The notes under the pieces: model-generated
The model's input: only the letters and a program-made list of their open reading frames with translations
Told to the model about the DNA's origin: nothing
The model's database searches: none
DNA from: a virus
Taxonomy: Duplodnaviria > Caudoviricetes
Reading direction: 5' to 3' (one strand)
DNA length: 55,655 bases
Virus record (IMG/VR): IMGVR_UViG_3300001686_000006
Span: 1-55,655 of that record
Shown here: positions 37,283-45,746 of the stretch, in pieces
Layout of the letters: each line of letters starts with the position of its first letter
Numbering within the stretch: position 1 is the stretch's first letter
Made by a program: the position numbers and the translations under genes

Positions 37283-37441
37283 ATGCGGACCAAGAAGTCG
37301 AAGCGCCTCTATACCGTCGTGTTGGAGTACGCGAACGGTGTGACCCGAACTGTCACGGTCCGGGCGGTCACTCGGGATATCGCCGAACGGCGGGCTCTCA
37401 AATTCAATCGAGGGGCCAAGCGGGTGAGGCATGATGTCTAG
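37283..37441 (+). CDS. 52-aa basic protein (not in the ORF track)
   Basis: AAGGA SD; MRTKKSKRLYTVVLEYANGVTRTVTVRAVTRDIAERRALK... Confidence 0.65.
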   Translation: MRTKKSKRLYTVVLEYANGVTRTVTVRAVTRDIAERRALKFNRGAKRVRHDV

Positions 37442-37622
37442 TAAGCCTAATAAGGTGCTCGAGCATGAGATCAGCCAGGATGAGGCTTACCAGAGGAGTG
37501 GACATCCCATTATTCTTCCGATGAATTCGGTAGTTCGAGGGCTGATGCCTGGATATTACGAACTTCAGCTCCGTGAGAAGAAGCCAAGAATCACCTCCAA
37601 GGAAGTGAAGCGCGATGCGTGA
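37434..37622 (+). CDS. Hypothetical protein
   Basis: Overlap-coupled ORF with GAGG SD. Confidence 0.55.
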   Translation: MSSKPNKVLEHEISQDEAYQRSGHPIILPMNSVVRGLMPGYYELQLREKKPRITSKEVKRDA

Positions 37623-37785
37623 AATCTTCCGTGACAATCAGGCATATTCTCGCAGTCTGTACATCGGTGGCCCGCCGCAGAAGCGCTACGGCTTCTTTTC
37701 GTTCATGTTCGACATCGTGATGACGTTTGTCACCGGGGGCTTCTGGCTGATCTGGATATTTGCCCGGGAGATGCGTCGGCGATGA
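37615..37785 (+). CDS. 56-aa membrane protein (not in the ORF track)
   Basis: ...YGFFSFMFDIVMTFVTGGFWLIWIFAREMRRR. Confidence 0.7.
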   Translation: MREIFRDNQAYSRSLYIGGPPQKRYGFFSFMFDIVMTFVTGGFWLIWIFAREMRRR

Positions 37786-37877
37786 GAGTGCTACTGATCA
37801 AGTCAGCCTACTGGGCCGGGTTCTGGATGTCATATTTCCAGACCCGGCGCCGTCTCCGTGAGCCGAGATATTACTGA
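37782..37877 (+). CDS. 31-aa peptide (not in the ORF track)
   Basis: ATGA and TGATG overlaps on both sides; MRVLLIKSAYWAGFWMSYFQTRRRLREPRYY. Confidence 0.55.
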   Translation: MRVLLIKSAYWAGFWMSYFQTRRRLREPRYY

Positions 37878-38152
37878 TGACCAAAGACTGGCAGTTTATC
37901 CTTCTCTACGGCGTAATCATTCTACCCCTCTGGCGTTGGTTTTCTATCTGGGATTACAAACGCATGCTCAAACGTCGGGAAACCAAGTTCCTCAAGATGG
38001 TCAAGGTGCAATTTCCTGATGCTTCTTATGTGACGTTCACGGCGATCGAGACCAGTGACAAACAGGCCATGACTAATCTGGTTCAGCAACTAGGAGCATA
38101 TGAATCAGAGCGAGCACAATTAGACGATTGGCCATGGCCTCGAGTGGATTGA
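37877..38152 (+). CDS. Membrane protein
   Basis: N-terminal TM helix. Confidence 0.65.
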   Translation: MTKDWQFILLYGVIILPLWRWFSIWDYKRMLKRRETKFLKMVKVQFPDASYVTFTAIETSDKQAMTNLVQQLGAYESERAQLDDWPWPRVD

Positions 38153-38187
38153 GCGGAAAAATTCGCGGGAAAAACACGTTATATAAT

Positions 38188-38244
38188 AGAAGGGAGGAAC
38201 ATAGCCAACTAACCTAGCAAGTTAGCTTGGCTCTCTCTTTTTTT
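38188..38244 (+). ncRNA. Small RNA cassette 5 (bulged hairpin)
   Basis: AAGGGAG/CTCTCTT, AGCCAA/TTGGCT, CTAAC/GTTAG, U-tract, directly after motif 38163. Confidence 0.55.
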
Positions 38245-38275
38245 CCGCCCACCAAGTTCGAGAAAGGCCAGGAGA

Positions 38276-39076
38276 GTGCAGTTTCTCAACGATGTAAAGC
38301 AGAAGGCCACGGTGTTCGCAGAAGCGAACGCGGCTGCTCTGCTCACCGCGGGAGGTGTTGTCGGCACAGTCGCCACCGCAATCCTCACCGGACGCGCCGG
38401 ATTCAAGGCGCACGAAATCCTTCAGACTCTGGAGATGGAAGCAAAGCTCAAGGCGAATAGCTTCGAAAACGACGGCGGAACCGAAGTGGTTTCGCCGACC
38501 ACGTTCGAGAAGTTCGTCGCTGTCGGACCGCAGTTCATTCCGCCGGTCATCGTCGGCGGAGCCACGATCGCCAGTATCGTCATGGCCAATCGAGTGTCGG
38601 CTCAGAAGGCTGCCGCTTTGGCTGCGGCTTACGGGCTGGCCGAGCGCAATCTCTCCGAGTACAAGGAGAAGATCAGCGAGAAGCTCACCGGTCCGAAGAA
38701 GCAGCAACTCGAGGAAGAGCTCTCACAGGATCGAGTCAACCGGACCGACGGTTACCAGAACATCGTCATCGTGGAAGGCGAAGTTCTGTGTTTCGACGAG
38801 CCCACGGGTCGATATTTCCGCAGCACGATGGAGAAGATTCGTAAGGCGGTGAACACCACCAACGCGGAGATCCTCCACTCCGGCTGGGCCAATGCGACCT
38901 TCTTCTACCATGAGCTCGGGCTTACCGCCACGTCATGGACTGACGACATGGGCTGGAACACCGATCAGCTCTTGGATTTGAAGTACGATACGGTCAGATC
39001 GCCGGATGATCGGCCGTGCCTGTCCATCGACTTCACCGTCCTGCCGAAGCCGGATTACGTCCCAAAGCACTTTTAG
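38276..39076 (+). CDS. Conserved phage protein (DUF6353-like), paralogue of 43939..44886
   Basis: N-terminal hydrophobic helices, AALAAAY...Y.EK, GRYF and MGW motifs. Confidence 0.7.
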   Translation: MQFLNDVKQKATVFAEANAAALLTAGGVVGTVATAILTGRAGFKAHEILQTLEMEAKLKANSFENDGGTEVVSPTTFEKFVAVGPQFIPPVIVGGATIASIVMANRVSAQKAAALAAAYGLAERNLSEYKEKISEKLTGPKKQQLEEELSQDRVNRTDGYQNIVIVEGEVLCFDEPTGRYFRSTMEKIRKAVNTTNAEILHSGWANATFFYHELGLTATSWTDDMGWNTDQLLDLKYDTVRSPDDRPCLSIDFTVLPKPDYVPKHF

Positions 39077-39381
39077 ACCGACTCGAAGCACCCGAGCTCC
39101 GGTTGATGCCCTGGTATATTCAGCAGCACCGCCAGTGGCATCACCGGGGGAGTCGGTCTGATGGTCCTCGGACCAAACCACCGATAGCGAGCAGCATGGA
39201 AGTGGCGCAAGGGTATCCAACTAACAGAAACCCACGTCGGTGGTTGAACAAGTTAAAGTCAGAGAAGAAGATAAAGTCGAAGCAGTATATACTCAACGAT
39301 CAATGGGGCGATCCGTCCTTGATTCTTGATCGGTCTTTCTTTCTCGACGAATGAACAGCAATCAAATTAGGAGAGTCCAAA

Positions 39382-39477
39382 ATGAAGATGCCCTTTCGCC
39401 GTCGTAAGCAGACCCGGAAGCAGCGTCTGGCCGAAGCTTTCGTCCGGATGATGGAGAACTGGTCGAAGCAGCGGTAA
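39382..39477 (+). CDS. 31-aa basic peptide (not in the ORF track)
   Basis: TAGGAGAG SD; MKMPFRRRKQTRKQRLAEAFVRMMENWSKQR. Confidence 0.6.
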   Translation: MKMPFRRRKQTRKQRLAEAFVRMMENWSKQR

Positions 39478-39520
39478 GCCTAAATTTCGCACTATCCCCA
39501 AACAAGGAGAGTAACCCAAG

Positions 39521-39772
39521 ATGCTGGGTTTTACCAGCCTGAATCCTGCAGACGGATTCACCACGCCGCTCGGTGAACGAGAGGCTGTGCGTATCATCAT
39601 CACCGAACACGGACGGAGGGTGTTCAAGCAGAGCCTGCTTGGCAGTGCGGTGTTCGGCGTGGGACTCATGTTCACCCTCAACCGCTTCGGCAGCACGAAG
39701 TTGCGCAGCGAGGCGGCAGAAACCGTGGCCAAGGTGGCCGAGGCCGTGGAGCCCAGCGGAGTGACACGATGA
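39521..39772 (+). CDS. Membrane protein
   Basis: AAGGAG SD; central hydrophobic helix. Confidence 0.65.
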   Translation: MLGFTSLNPADGFTTPLGEREAVRIIITEHGRRVFKQSLLGSAVFGVGLMFTLNRFGSTKLRSEAAETVAKVAEAVEPSGVTR

Positions 39773-39933
39773 CCAAGTTCCTGCTTGGCGTCGCCGTGGG
39801 CTATGTGTTCAGCGACATGATCGATGAGCTCATCACTCGGATTCCCGACACCATGAAGGATTCCGAGCCAACCACACCGTCGCCGATGCCTCCGCCGACA
39901 TCAACCACGACCGCCAGTGAGGAGACTCTGTAA
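39769..39933 (+). CDS. 54-aa protein (not in the ORF track)
   Basis: ATGA overlap; MTKFLLGVAVGYVFSDMIDE..., Pro/Thr tail. Confidence 0.6.
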   Translation: MTKFLLGVAVGYVFSDMIDELITRIPDTMKDSEPTTPSPMPPPTSTTTASEETL

Positions 39934-40019
39934 TGAAGTTCATGCTCATTCTCCTTACTGCGTTTCTCGGTGTCGCCGCAGCTGCTTGGGCGATCGAGAA
40001 AGCGTTCATCAAGTCGTAA
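39933..40019 (+). CDS. 28-aa membrane peptide (not in the ORF track)
   Basis: GAGGAG SD, TAATG overlap; MKFMLILLTAFLGVAAAAWAIEKAFIKS. Confidence 0.6.
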   Translation: MKFMLILLTAFLGVAAAAWAIEKAFIKS

Positions 40020-40143
40020 ATAGGCGTTAAAGGACTCCCCAGGGATCGTATGTCCTGGGGCTAGGGTGGGGGTAGCTTCCTACAATTTGGAACGCGCCCC
40101 CACCCGCCGGTCTTTCCATTTCACAACCAGGAGAACTTCAGCC

Positions 40144-40725
40144 TTGCTGAAAAAGACGATTGTCTACGAGAACCCATTCACCCAGCAAATGGTGAGTGAG
40201 GAACATTACTTTCATATCTCCAAGGCTGATCTCATCGAGATGCAGATGGAGAATCTGAATGAGCCCGAGGTAATCAACCCGCAGACCGGGGCCAAGCTCG
40301 AGGGCTACCCGGCCATGCTGCAACGCATCGTCAACGACAAGGACGGCAAGGAGATCCTGGTCGTCGTCAAGGACATGGTGCGCCGAGCCTACGGCAAGAA
40401 ATCTGGAGACCGGTTTCTCCGCAGCCCAGAAATCTGGGAGGAGTTCATCTCCAGCGAAGCCTGGTCTCAGCTATATTTCGAATTATGCACCGACGCCGGT
40501 GCCCAAGCCGATTTCATGAACGGCATATTCCCCAGAGACATGCTGGAAGAAGCTAACAAACTTGCCGCCGCACAGGCGCAAACAAACGGAGACGTGTCTA
40601 CGCCCGAACAGGATGTTCCGGCTGACGTTTCCACACCCAGAGTCCTCACTAATCAAGAAGTGGCTGAGATGGACTCTGATGAACTTAAGTCCGGGCTGGC
40701 CACCGGGCGCTACAAGCTTTCGTAG
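40144..40725 (+). CDS. Conserved phage protein (possibly chaperone-like)
   Basis: AGGAG SD then TTG; LKKTIVY..EEHYFHISKADLIEM..AYGKKS..F..S. Confidence 0.65.
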   Translation: MLKKTIVYENPFTQQMVSEEHYFHISKADLIEMQMENLNEPEVINPQTGAKLEGYPAMLQRIVNDKDGKEILVVVKDMVRRAYGKKSGDRFLRSPEIWEEFISSEAWSQLYFELCTDAGAQADFMNGIFPRDMLEEANKLAAAQAQTNGDVSTPEQDVPADVSTPRVLTNQEVAEMDSDELKSGLATGRYKLS

Positions 40726-40908
40726 GACTGATTTTAGATCGCGCGAAGTAAATATCGGATACTAAAGAAGCAAAAAAAGCCGCGTCCATAGTAAGTGAAT
40801 CATGGAGTAGGCGAGATTCACCTTTGACTACCGGAGAGACAACCGGGAAAGAAGAACTCCACCGACGCGATCACATAATATTATAGCAAACCCAAGCTAG
40901 GAGAGTAT

Positions 40909-41160
40909 ATGCCAGACGAAGTTTCTACCACCACCACCGAAGCTGTCAAGAAGATGAGCGACGGGACCGTGAAGATCTCGGTCGAGAAATACAACGAGTT
41001 GCTCGAGAAGGCGGCCATCAAGCCTCCGGTGATCAACCGCACCATCGTCCACAAGACAGCCGAAATGCTCACTCAAGAGCATCAGGCGTGGGGAGCCACC
41101 TTCATGGGGGCGGGTGTGGCGCTCTTCGTCATCGGAGCATTCCGCTACAAATTCGCCTAG
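40909..41160 (+). CDS. C-terminally anchored membrane protein
   Basis: TAGGAG SD; C-terminal TM helix. Confidence 0.7.
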   Translation: MPDEVSTTTTEAVKKMSDGTVKISVEKYNELLEKAAIKPPVINRTIVHKTAEMLTQEHQAWGATFMGAGVALFVIGAFRYKFA

Positions 41161-41164
41161 ATCT

Positions 41165-41836
41165 TCTAGAGAGATGAGATTGCAGCAGTGTGGATCCTGG
41201 ACTTTATAACGCCAGCTTTGGGGTTATAAAGGGGTGGGAGCGGTCTAATAAACCGCCGCGACCAGATTGACCCCGCGCACTGCTCTCATATTCTCGAGAG
41301 GGATCAACGCTGTCTACTGGTGAAAAGCAGCATTAAGTTGGCTACAACATCCACTCCGGACGGCCGGTACACGGGTGAGATAGCCAGTAGACAGCACGAT
41401 CCGAATCAAATGCGAGCTCTCTTAGAGCTTATATTAGGAGGCCTATCTGGATCCGCAGTACGTGACCGTCTAACGACAGGCCAGTCGATCCGGAGATGGA
41501 GAAGTCTGATTACGGGGTAGGTCCGCATAGGACTAGAAGTTGGAAGGGGTAGATCAGACATATTAGTACAAGCGTCCTAGCGGACGGGTGAGGTCTCAAC
41601 ACTGGGGGTACTGCGGTGGCGCATACCTTAAACGATCACCTAAGCATACAAGATCTGGAGTATGCTGAAATGGCGCCCAGTGCTCGCTATCGCTAGCACT
41701 CATTTCTCCTAAAGGGTGTGATTTTAACTCAGGGGTACCAGCGGCTAATGCGCTCTGGTATTAAACGACAGCAAATGGCACGGTTTGGCAAGTTTTCTTG
41801 CCGAAATGCCCCACCGTCCGTACGCGCCCCTGACTT
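41165..41836 (+). ncRNA. Large structured non-coding region, about 670 nt (strand assumed)
   Basis: No SD-led ORF; more than ten stems including GCTGTCTACTGG/CCAGTAGACAGC and CCGCAGTAC/GTACTGCGG. Confidence 0.6.
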
Positions 41837-41899
41837 AATTTCGCGGGAATTTCATTGCCTATAATGAGAAGAAACCATATCCCTTTAAGGAGTATTTCA

Positions 41900-42181
41900 A
41901 TGACCACACCCGAGTTTACCGCTCGCAACGTCGCGAAATTCCTCGCGAAGGCAGTCGTCGCCACCAAGACGGCTCGTCTGACCGCCGATGTCGTGGCTGA
42001 CCACACCAACTACGAGAAGGACGACACCGTCGTCGATCTCGGTAGCCAGGTGGTCGGCTGGTACATCAGCGCGAAGCTCGAGCCCGTCACGGACAAGATC
42101 GTCGACACCACCGCAGACTTCGTCACCGAGCAGCGCAACAAGCGCCAGGCCAGGAGAGACGCCAAGAAGAAGGACCAGTAA
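41900..42181 (+). CDS. Cassette protein
   Basis: Motif 41841, AAGGAG SD, terminator 42189. Confidence 0.75.
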   Translation: MTTPEFTARNVAKFLAKAVVATKTARLTADVVADHTNYEKDDTVVDLGSQVVGWYISAKLEPVTDKIVDTTADFVTEQRNKRQARRDAKKKDQ

Positions 42182-42244
42182 ATCTCAGAAAGAGGATCCC
42201 TAACCCGGATTCTCTTTTTTTCTTAATTAGCGAAAGGATTCGCA

Positions 42245-42655
42245 ATGTCAGATCTGACCCAGCTTGTTGTCGGTCCGGGCGAGCCGGATAACGCTGAGCT
42301 CGGAGAGATTCTCGAACGATATCGAATAAATGCCGAGCTGTCACGCCGTGCCGCCGCAGCTCAGCTTGAGCTAAGTTCTGAGTACGTTCGTTTGGTCGAA
42401 CGAGGAAAGCGCACATTTACTCTCGGAATGATGCCGAAGGTACTGAGCATCTATGACATAACTTACGAACTTGAACTCGATCGAATTGTATTTGATCGTT
42501 ACTCCGTTCAATTCTCGAGTCGCATCCGAGAAGCTCGATACAAGGATATCGAACGTCCTAATCGAGACGAACGTCTTGGCCAAATAGTACGACTCTTGGC
42601 TATCACAGATGAGGAAACTCTGGACCAAATTTACCGAAGATTACTTCGCGGCTAA
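42245..42655 (+). CDS. XRE-family HTH regulator
   Basis: LGEILERYRINAELSRRAAAAQLELSSEYVRLVERGKR. Confidence 0.85.
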   Translation: MSDLTQLVVGPGEPDNAELGEILERYRINAELSRRAAAAQLELSSEYVRLVERGKRTFTLGMMPKVLSIYDITYELELDRIVFDRYSVQFSSRIREARYKDIERPNRDERLGQIVRLLAITDEETLDQIYRRLLRG

Positions 42656-42697
42656 AACACGTCGTGTAATGATACCCAACCTACCGAAGGAGTATTC

Positions 42698-42853
42698 ATG
42701 AACGAGTTCGTGGAAAACCTCAAGCATCAAGCCGAAGAGAACCCACTTGTGGCTCTCGGTATTGCAGCTGCGCTGCTTACCGCGACAAGCAAGCTGGTCA
42801 ACTCGATGGCCTGGAAGCAGGAGGTTGCCCGACGTACCAGGAAGACCCCCTAG
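42698..42853 (+). CDS. 51-aa cassette protein (not in the ORF track)
   Basis: Motif 42646, AAGGAG SD, terminator; MNEFVENLKHQAEENPLVALGIAAALL... Confidence 0.75.
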   Translation: MNEFVENLKHQAEENPLVALGIAAALLTATSKLVNSMAWKQEVARRTRKTP

Positions 42854-42921
42854 TAGTACCTATCAGAAAGAGAAGCCCTAACACGGTTTCTCTTTTTTGC
42901 CAATCGGATTCGAGGAGTTAG

Positions 42922-43563
42922 ATGCAAGATTTTCCGCCCAATAGTGCCAAGGCGAGAGAACGATCTCAAGGACCGCCGTCAGATGAGCGCCGGACCAAGA
43001 TCGAGCAGGTCACTTCCGCCACGGCTGAACAGCGGAAGAAAGGATTGGGAGGTCGGTTCAAGGAGACTTTCATCGGTGGTAGTGCGCGCGATGCCGGAGA
43101 ATATATGATGATGGAAGTCATCATCCCGTCGGTCAGAGATTTAATGGCTGAAGCCGTCCACTCGCTCACCGATCGGATGATCTATGGCAATCAGCGTCCC
43201 CGGCGAGGTACGACCACATCTTCATATTCTGGTCTGGGACATGTCGACTATCAGGGAATGAGTCGTTCGAATCGGCCGCCTACTACTCGCACCTTGTCTC
43301 AGACCTCGAGAGCCCGTCACGACTTCGGGGAGATTGTCATCCCCAACCGCCAGGAAGCCGAAGAAGTGCTCGATCGGCTGTACGACGTGCTGTCTCAGTA
43401 CGGTTCGGTGCCAGTGGCCAATCTCTACGCGCTTACCGGAATCCAAAGCAGTCATGCAGATCACAAATGGGGATGGACTTCGCTGCGAGGAGCCAAGGTA
43501 GCTCGTCTCCGAAATGGCGGATATTTACTGGACCTACCCAACCCAGAGCCATTGGATAGATGA
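42922..43563 (+). CDS. Conserved phage protein
   Basis: GAGGAG SD; EAEEVLD....YGSV.VA.LY...KWGW..L motif. Confidence 0.75.
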   Translation: MQDFPPNSAKARERSQGPPSDERRTKIEQVTSATAEQRKKGLGGRFKETFIGGSARDAGEYMMMEVIIPSVRDLMAEAVHSLTDRMIYGNQRPRRGTTTSSYSGLGHVDYQGMSRSNRPPTTRTLSQTSRARHDFGEIVIPNRQEAEEVLDRLYDVLSQYGSVPVANLYALTGIQSSHADHKWGWTSLRGAKVARLRNGGYLLDLPNPEPLDR

Positions 43564-43823
43564 GTAAGAAGAAAAAAGAGTATCGGCCGAAACGAGCCGA
43601 CCGATCCTACGGATCCGACAGACCCAAAAGAGTGAACAAATCGGAGGAATTCCGGGTCTGCGATAAGCCAGGTTGTGCCAACGTTGTTTCAGTCGCCGAT
43701 AAGCCACGATATGCCGGACCGATCTATTGCGTATTACATCGAGAAAGTGAATCACATGGACGATTCTCCGAAAACGGAAACGGAACGTATAGCTCGTCCG
43801 CTTCCCTGCCCCGAGTGCAATAG
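43560..43823 (+). CDS. Hypothetical Cys/His-containing protein
   Basis: ATGA overlap; CDKPGC...YCVLH. Confidence 0.5.
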   Translation: MSKKKKEYRPKRADRSYGSDRPKRVNKSEEFRVCDKPGCANVVSVADKPRYAGPIYCVLHRESESHGRFSENGNGTYSSSASLPRVQ

Positions 43824-43929
43824 CACTAGAGGATATTCTCGAGTGGGTAAATTTCGCTCACAGTGTCTGAACTGTAATTCTCTGCTCAAGAACGCAGAGG
43901 TCAACCAAGAAGATCTAGATCCTCAATAA
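43756..43929 (+). CDS. Zinc-ribbon protein
   Basis: CPEC...CLNC. Confidence 0.6.
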   Translation: MDDSPKTETERIARPLPCPECNSTRGYSRVGKFRSQCLNCNSLLKNAEVNQEDLDPQ

Positions 43930-43938
43930 GGAGTCTTA

Positions 43939-44886
43939 ATGAAATTCATTCCACCCGCGATCAGTCGAAAGGTCGCTGAGCAAGGTCTACTTGCTCGCAA
44001 GAACTCGCCGACAATCCTGCTGGGAGTTGGCGTGGCCAGCATGGTGGGTTCCACGGTTTTGGCCTGCCGGGCAACCCTCAAACTTGACGACGTGCTGTCT
44101 GAGATCAACGCCGACAAGCAGAAGGCTGTTATGGCCAAGGAGAAGGTCGCCGCGGGTGAGGTTCCGGCCGGGACCACATATTCCGATCAGGAGTTCAAGC
44201 GCGACAATACGATCATCCTCACTCGTGGAGCGATCAGCATTGTCAAGCTGTATGCACCTTCGGTTATTCTCGGTGGCGTGGGCATTGTCTGCCTGACCAA
44301 GTCGCACCGGATTTTGCAGAATCGCAATTCGGCCTTGACTGCCGCCTATATCGCCGTGGATACGGCGTTCAAGAAGTATCGCGAACGAGTCGTCGATCGC
44401 TACGGCGAAGAGATCGACCGCGAACTCCGATATCCATCGGAGGAAGTCACGATCATCGACGAAGAAACCGGTAAGGCCTTCGATACGGTGCATGCGGCTC
44501 CGGGTGAGCCCTCAGGCTACGCGCGGTGGTTCGACGAGACGAACAGCAACTGGACTGCGGCACCGTTTGACAACAATAATTGGGTCTTTCTGCGTATGCA
44601 GCAGAATTGGGCCAATGATCAGCTTCACGCTCGGGGCCATCTGTTTCTCAACGAGGTCTATGCGATCTGTGGTCTACCCCATACTTCGGCCGGATCGGTA
44701 GTGGGCTGGCTGTACAAGCGCGACAACATCGCAGGCGACAACTGGGTCGACTTTGGCTGCTTCGATAAGCAGAATGGGCAACCGATCGAGTTCTTCAATG
44801 GTCGTGAAGGGGCGATTCTCCTCGATTTCAATGTCGACGGGTTGATCTGGGACAAGATCGACCAGAGCGTTGAGAACAGCTCATGA
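43939..44886 (+). CDS. Conserved phage protein (DUF6353-like)
   Basis: KNSPTILL, ALTAAY..F..YRERV, GHLFLNEVY, VGW, LLDFNVDG. Confidence 0.75.
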   Translation: MKFIPPAISRKVAEQGLLARKNSPTILLGVGVASMVGSTVLACRATLKLDDVLSEINADKQKAVMAKEKVAAGEVPAGTTYSDQEFKRDNTIILTRGAISIVKLYAPSVILGGVGIVCLTKSHRILQNRNSALTAAYIAVDTAFKKYRERVVDRYGEEIDRELRYPSEEVTIIDEETGKAFDTVHAAPGEPSGYARWFDETNSNWTAAPFDNNNWVFLRMQQNWANDQLHARGHLFLNEVYAICGLPHTSAGSVVGWLYKRDNIAGDNWVDFGCFDKQNGQPIEFFNGREGAILLDFNVDGLIWDKIDQSVENSS

Positions 44887-45746
44887 GTGCTGCCGAAAAG
44901 GCGGTTGACACCGCGAAGGAAGTTGTGGCCGAGGCGGCTGACGAGGTCTCAGAGAAGGCTGAGCAGTTCGCCGAATACGCTCGCCGGTTGAATCGAGCCA
45001 AGGCTCAGTTCTATCTGCTCGGCATGGCTGTGGGTGGGCTTACCGGGGCCGTGGTGACCTATAAGCTCGTTTATGCGAAGGCCGAGACCAAGTATTCCAA
45101 GATCGCCGATGACGAGATCGCGGAAATGGGCGAGCACTACCGAGCCAAGAGCCGAGCGCTCGACGCCGAGGCGGCCAAGCGTCCGGTGGAGGAGATCGTC
45201 AGAGATCGCGGCTATGCCTCGCCGGAGCCACCGCAGGGGGACAAGCCGCCGATGGCGGTTCCGCCGCCTCGGGGGGTGACCGAGAACGAATCCGCTTCGC
45301 CCGAGAAACCCGAAGTACGTAACATATTCACAGAGCAGGAAACTCAGGCCATTCCGGAATGGGATTGGCACACTGAGAAAAAGCGGCGATCGCCGGATAT
45401 CCCGTACGTCATCCACTACGACGAGCGTTTCGATACCGAAGGCTATGCCGACGTCACCCTGACGTATTACGACGGCGATGATGTTCTGTGCAATGAACGG
45501 GACGAAATCATCGACCCGGAGAGACGTACGGAATTGTTGGGCGAAGGCTATTTGGATCGGTTTGGTCACGGTTCCAATGATCCGTCCATCGTCTATATTC
45601 GCAACGATACGCTGGAGATCATTTACGAGGTGGTGAAATCACCACACTACTACGCAGAGGAGGTACACGGGTTTAAGCACGAAGACCTCTACCGTGGCAA
45701 CCTCGAACGCATGCGGGCGAGGGAACGGGATGACAACGAAGACTAG
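44883..45746 (+). CDS. Conserved membrane-anchored acidic phage protein
   Basis: TM helix near the N-terminus; TLTYY..D.VL and VYIRN motifs. Confidence 0.7.
   Translation: MSAAEKAVDTAKEVVAEAADEVSEKAEQFAEYARRLNRAKAQFYLLGMAVGGLTGAVVTYKLVYAKAETKYSKIADDEIAEMGEHYRAKSRALDAEAAKRPVEEIVRDRGYASPEPPQGDKPPMAVPPPRGVTENESASPEKPEVRNIFTEQETQAIPEWDWHTEKKRRSPDIPYVIHYDERFDTEGYADVTLTYYDGDDVLCNERDEIIDPERRTELLGEGYLDRFGHGSNDPSIVYIRNDTLEIIYEVVKSPHYYAEEVHGFKHEDLYRGNLERMRARERDDNED

Larger units (their letters stand above)
27762..42670 (+). promoter_or_regulatory. 21 copies of promoter-like motif TCGCG-N14-TRTART
   Basis: TCGCG starts at 27762, 28295, 28606, 28977, 29372, 29730, 29948, 30247, 30419, 30575, 30833, 31090, 31347, 31633, 32102, 35513, 36352, 36484, 38163, 41841, 42646; in each the TATAAT/TGTAAT/TATAGT box starts exactly 19 nt later. 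Confidence 0.9.
28160..42900 (+). terminator. Family of related intrinsic terminators closing the cassettes
   Basis: GAGCCC-(TAACAC-like loop)-GGGCT stem plus T-tract near 28576, 28945, 29330, 29703, 29906, 30213, 30388, 30796, 31050, 31308, 31598, 31900, 32405, 42189, 42867; a different hairpin at 28175-28211. Confidence 0.85.

Noticed and set aside
40739-40765. Additional TCGCG promoter copy
   Set aside because: No TRTART box at the fixed 19-nt offset.
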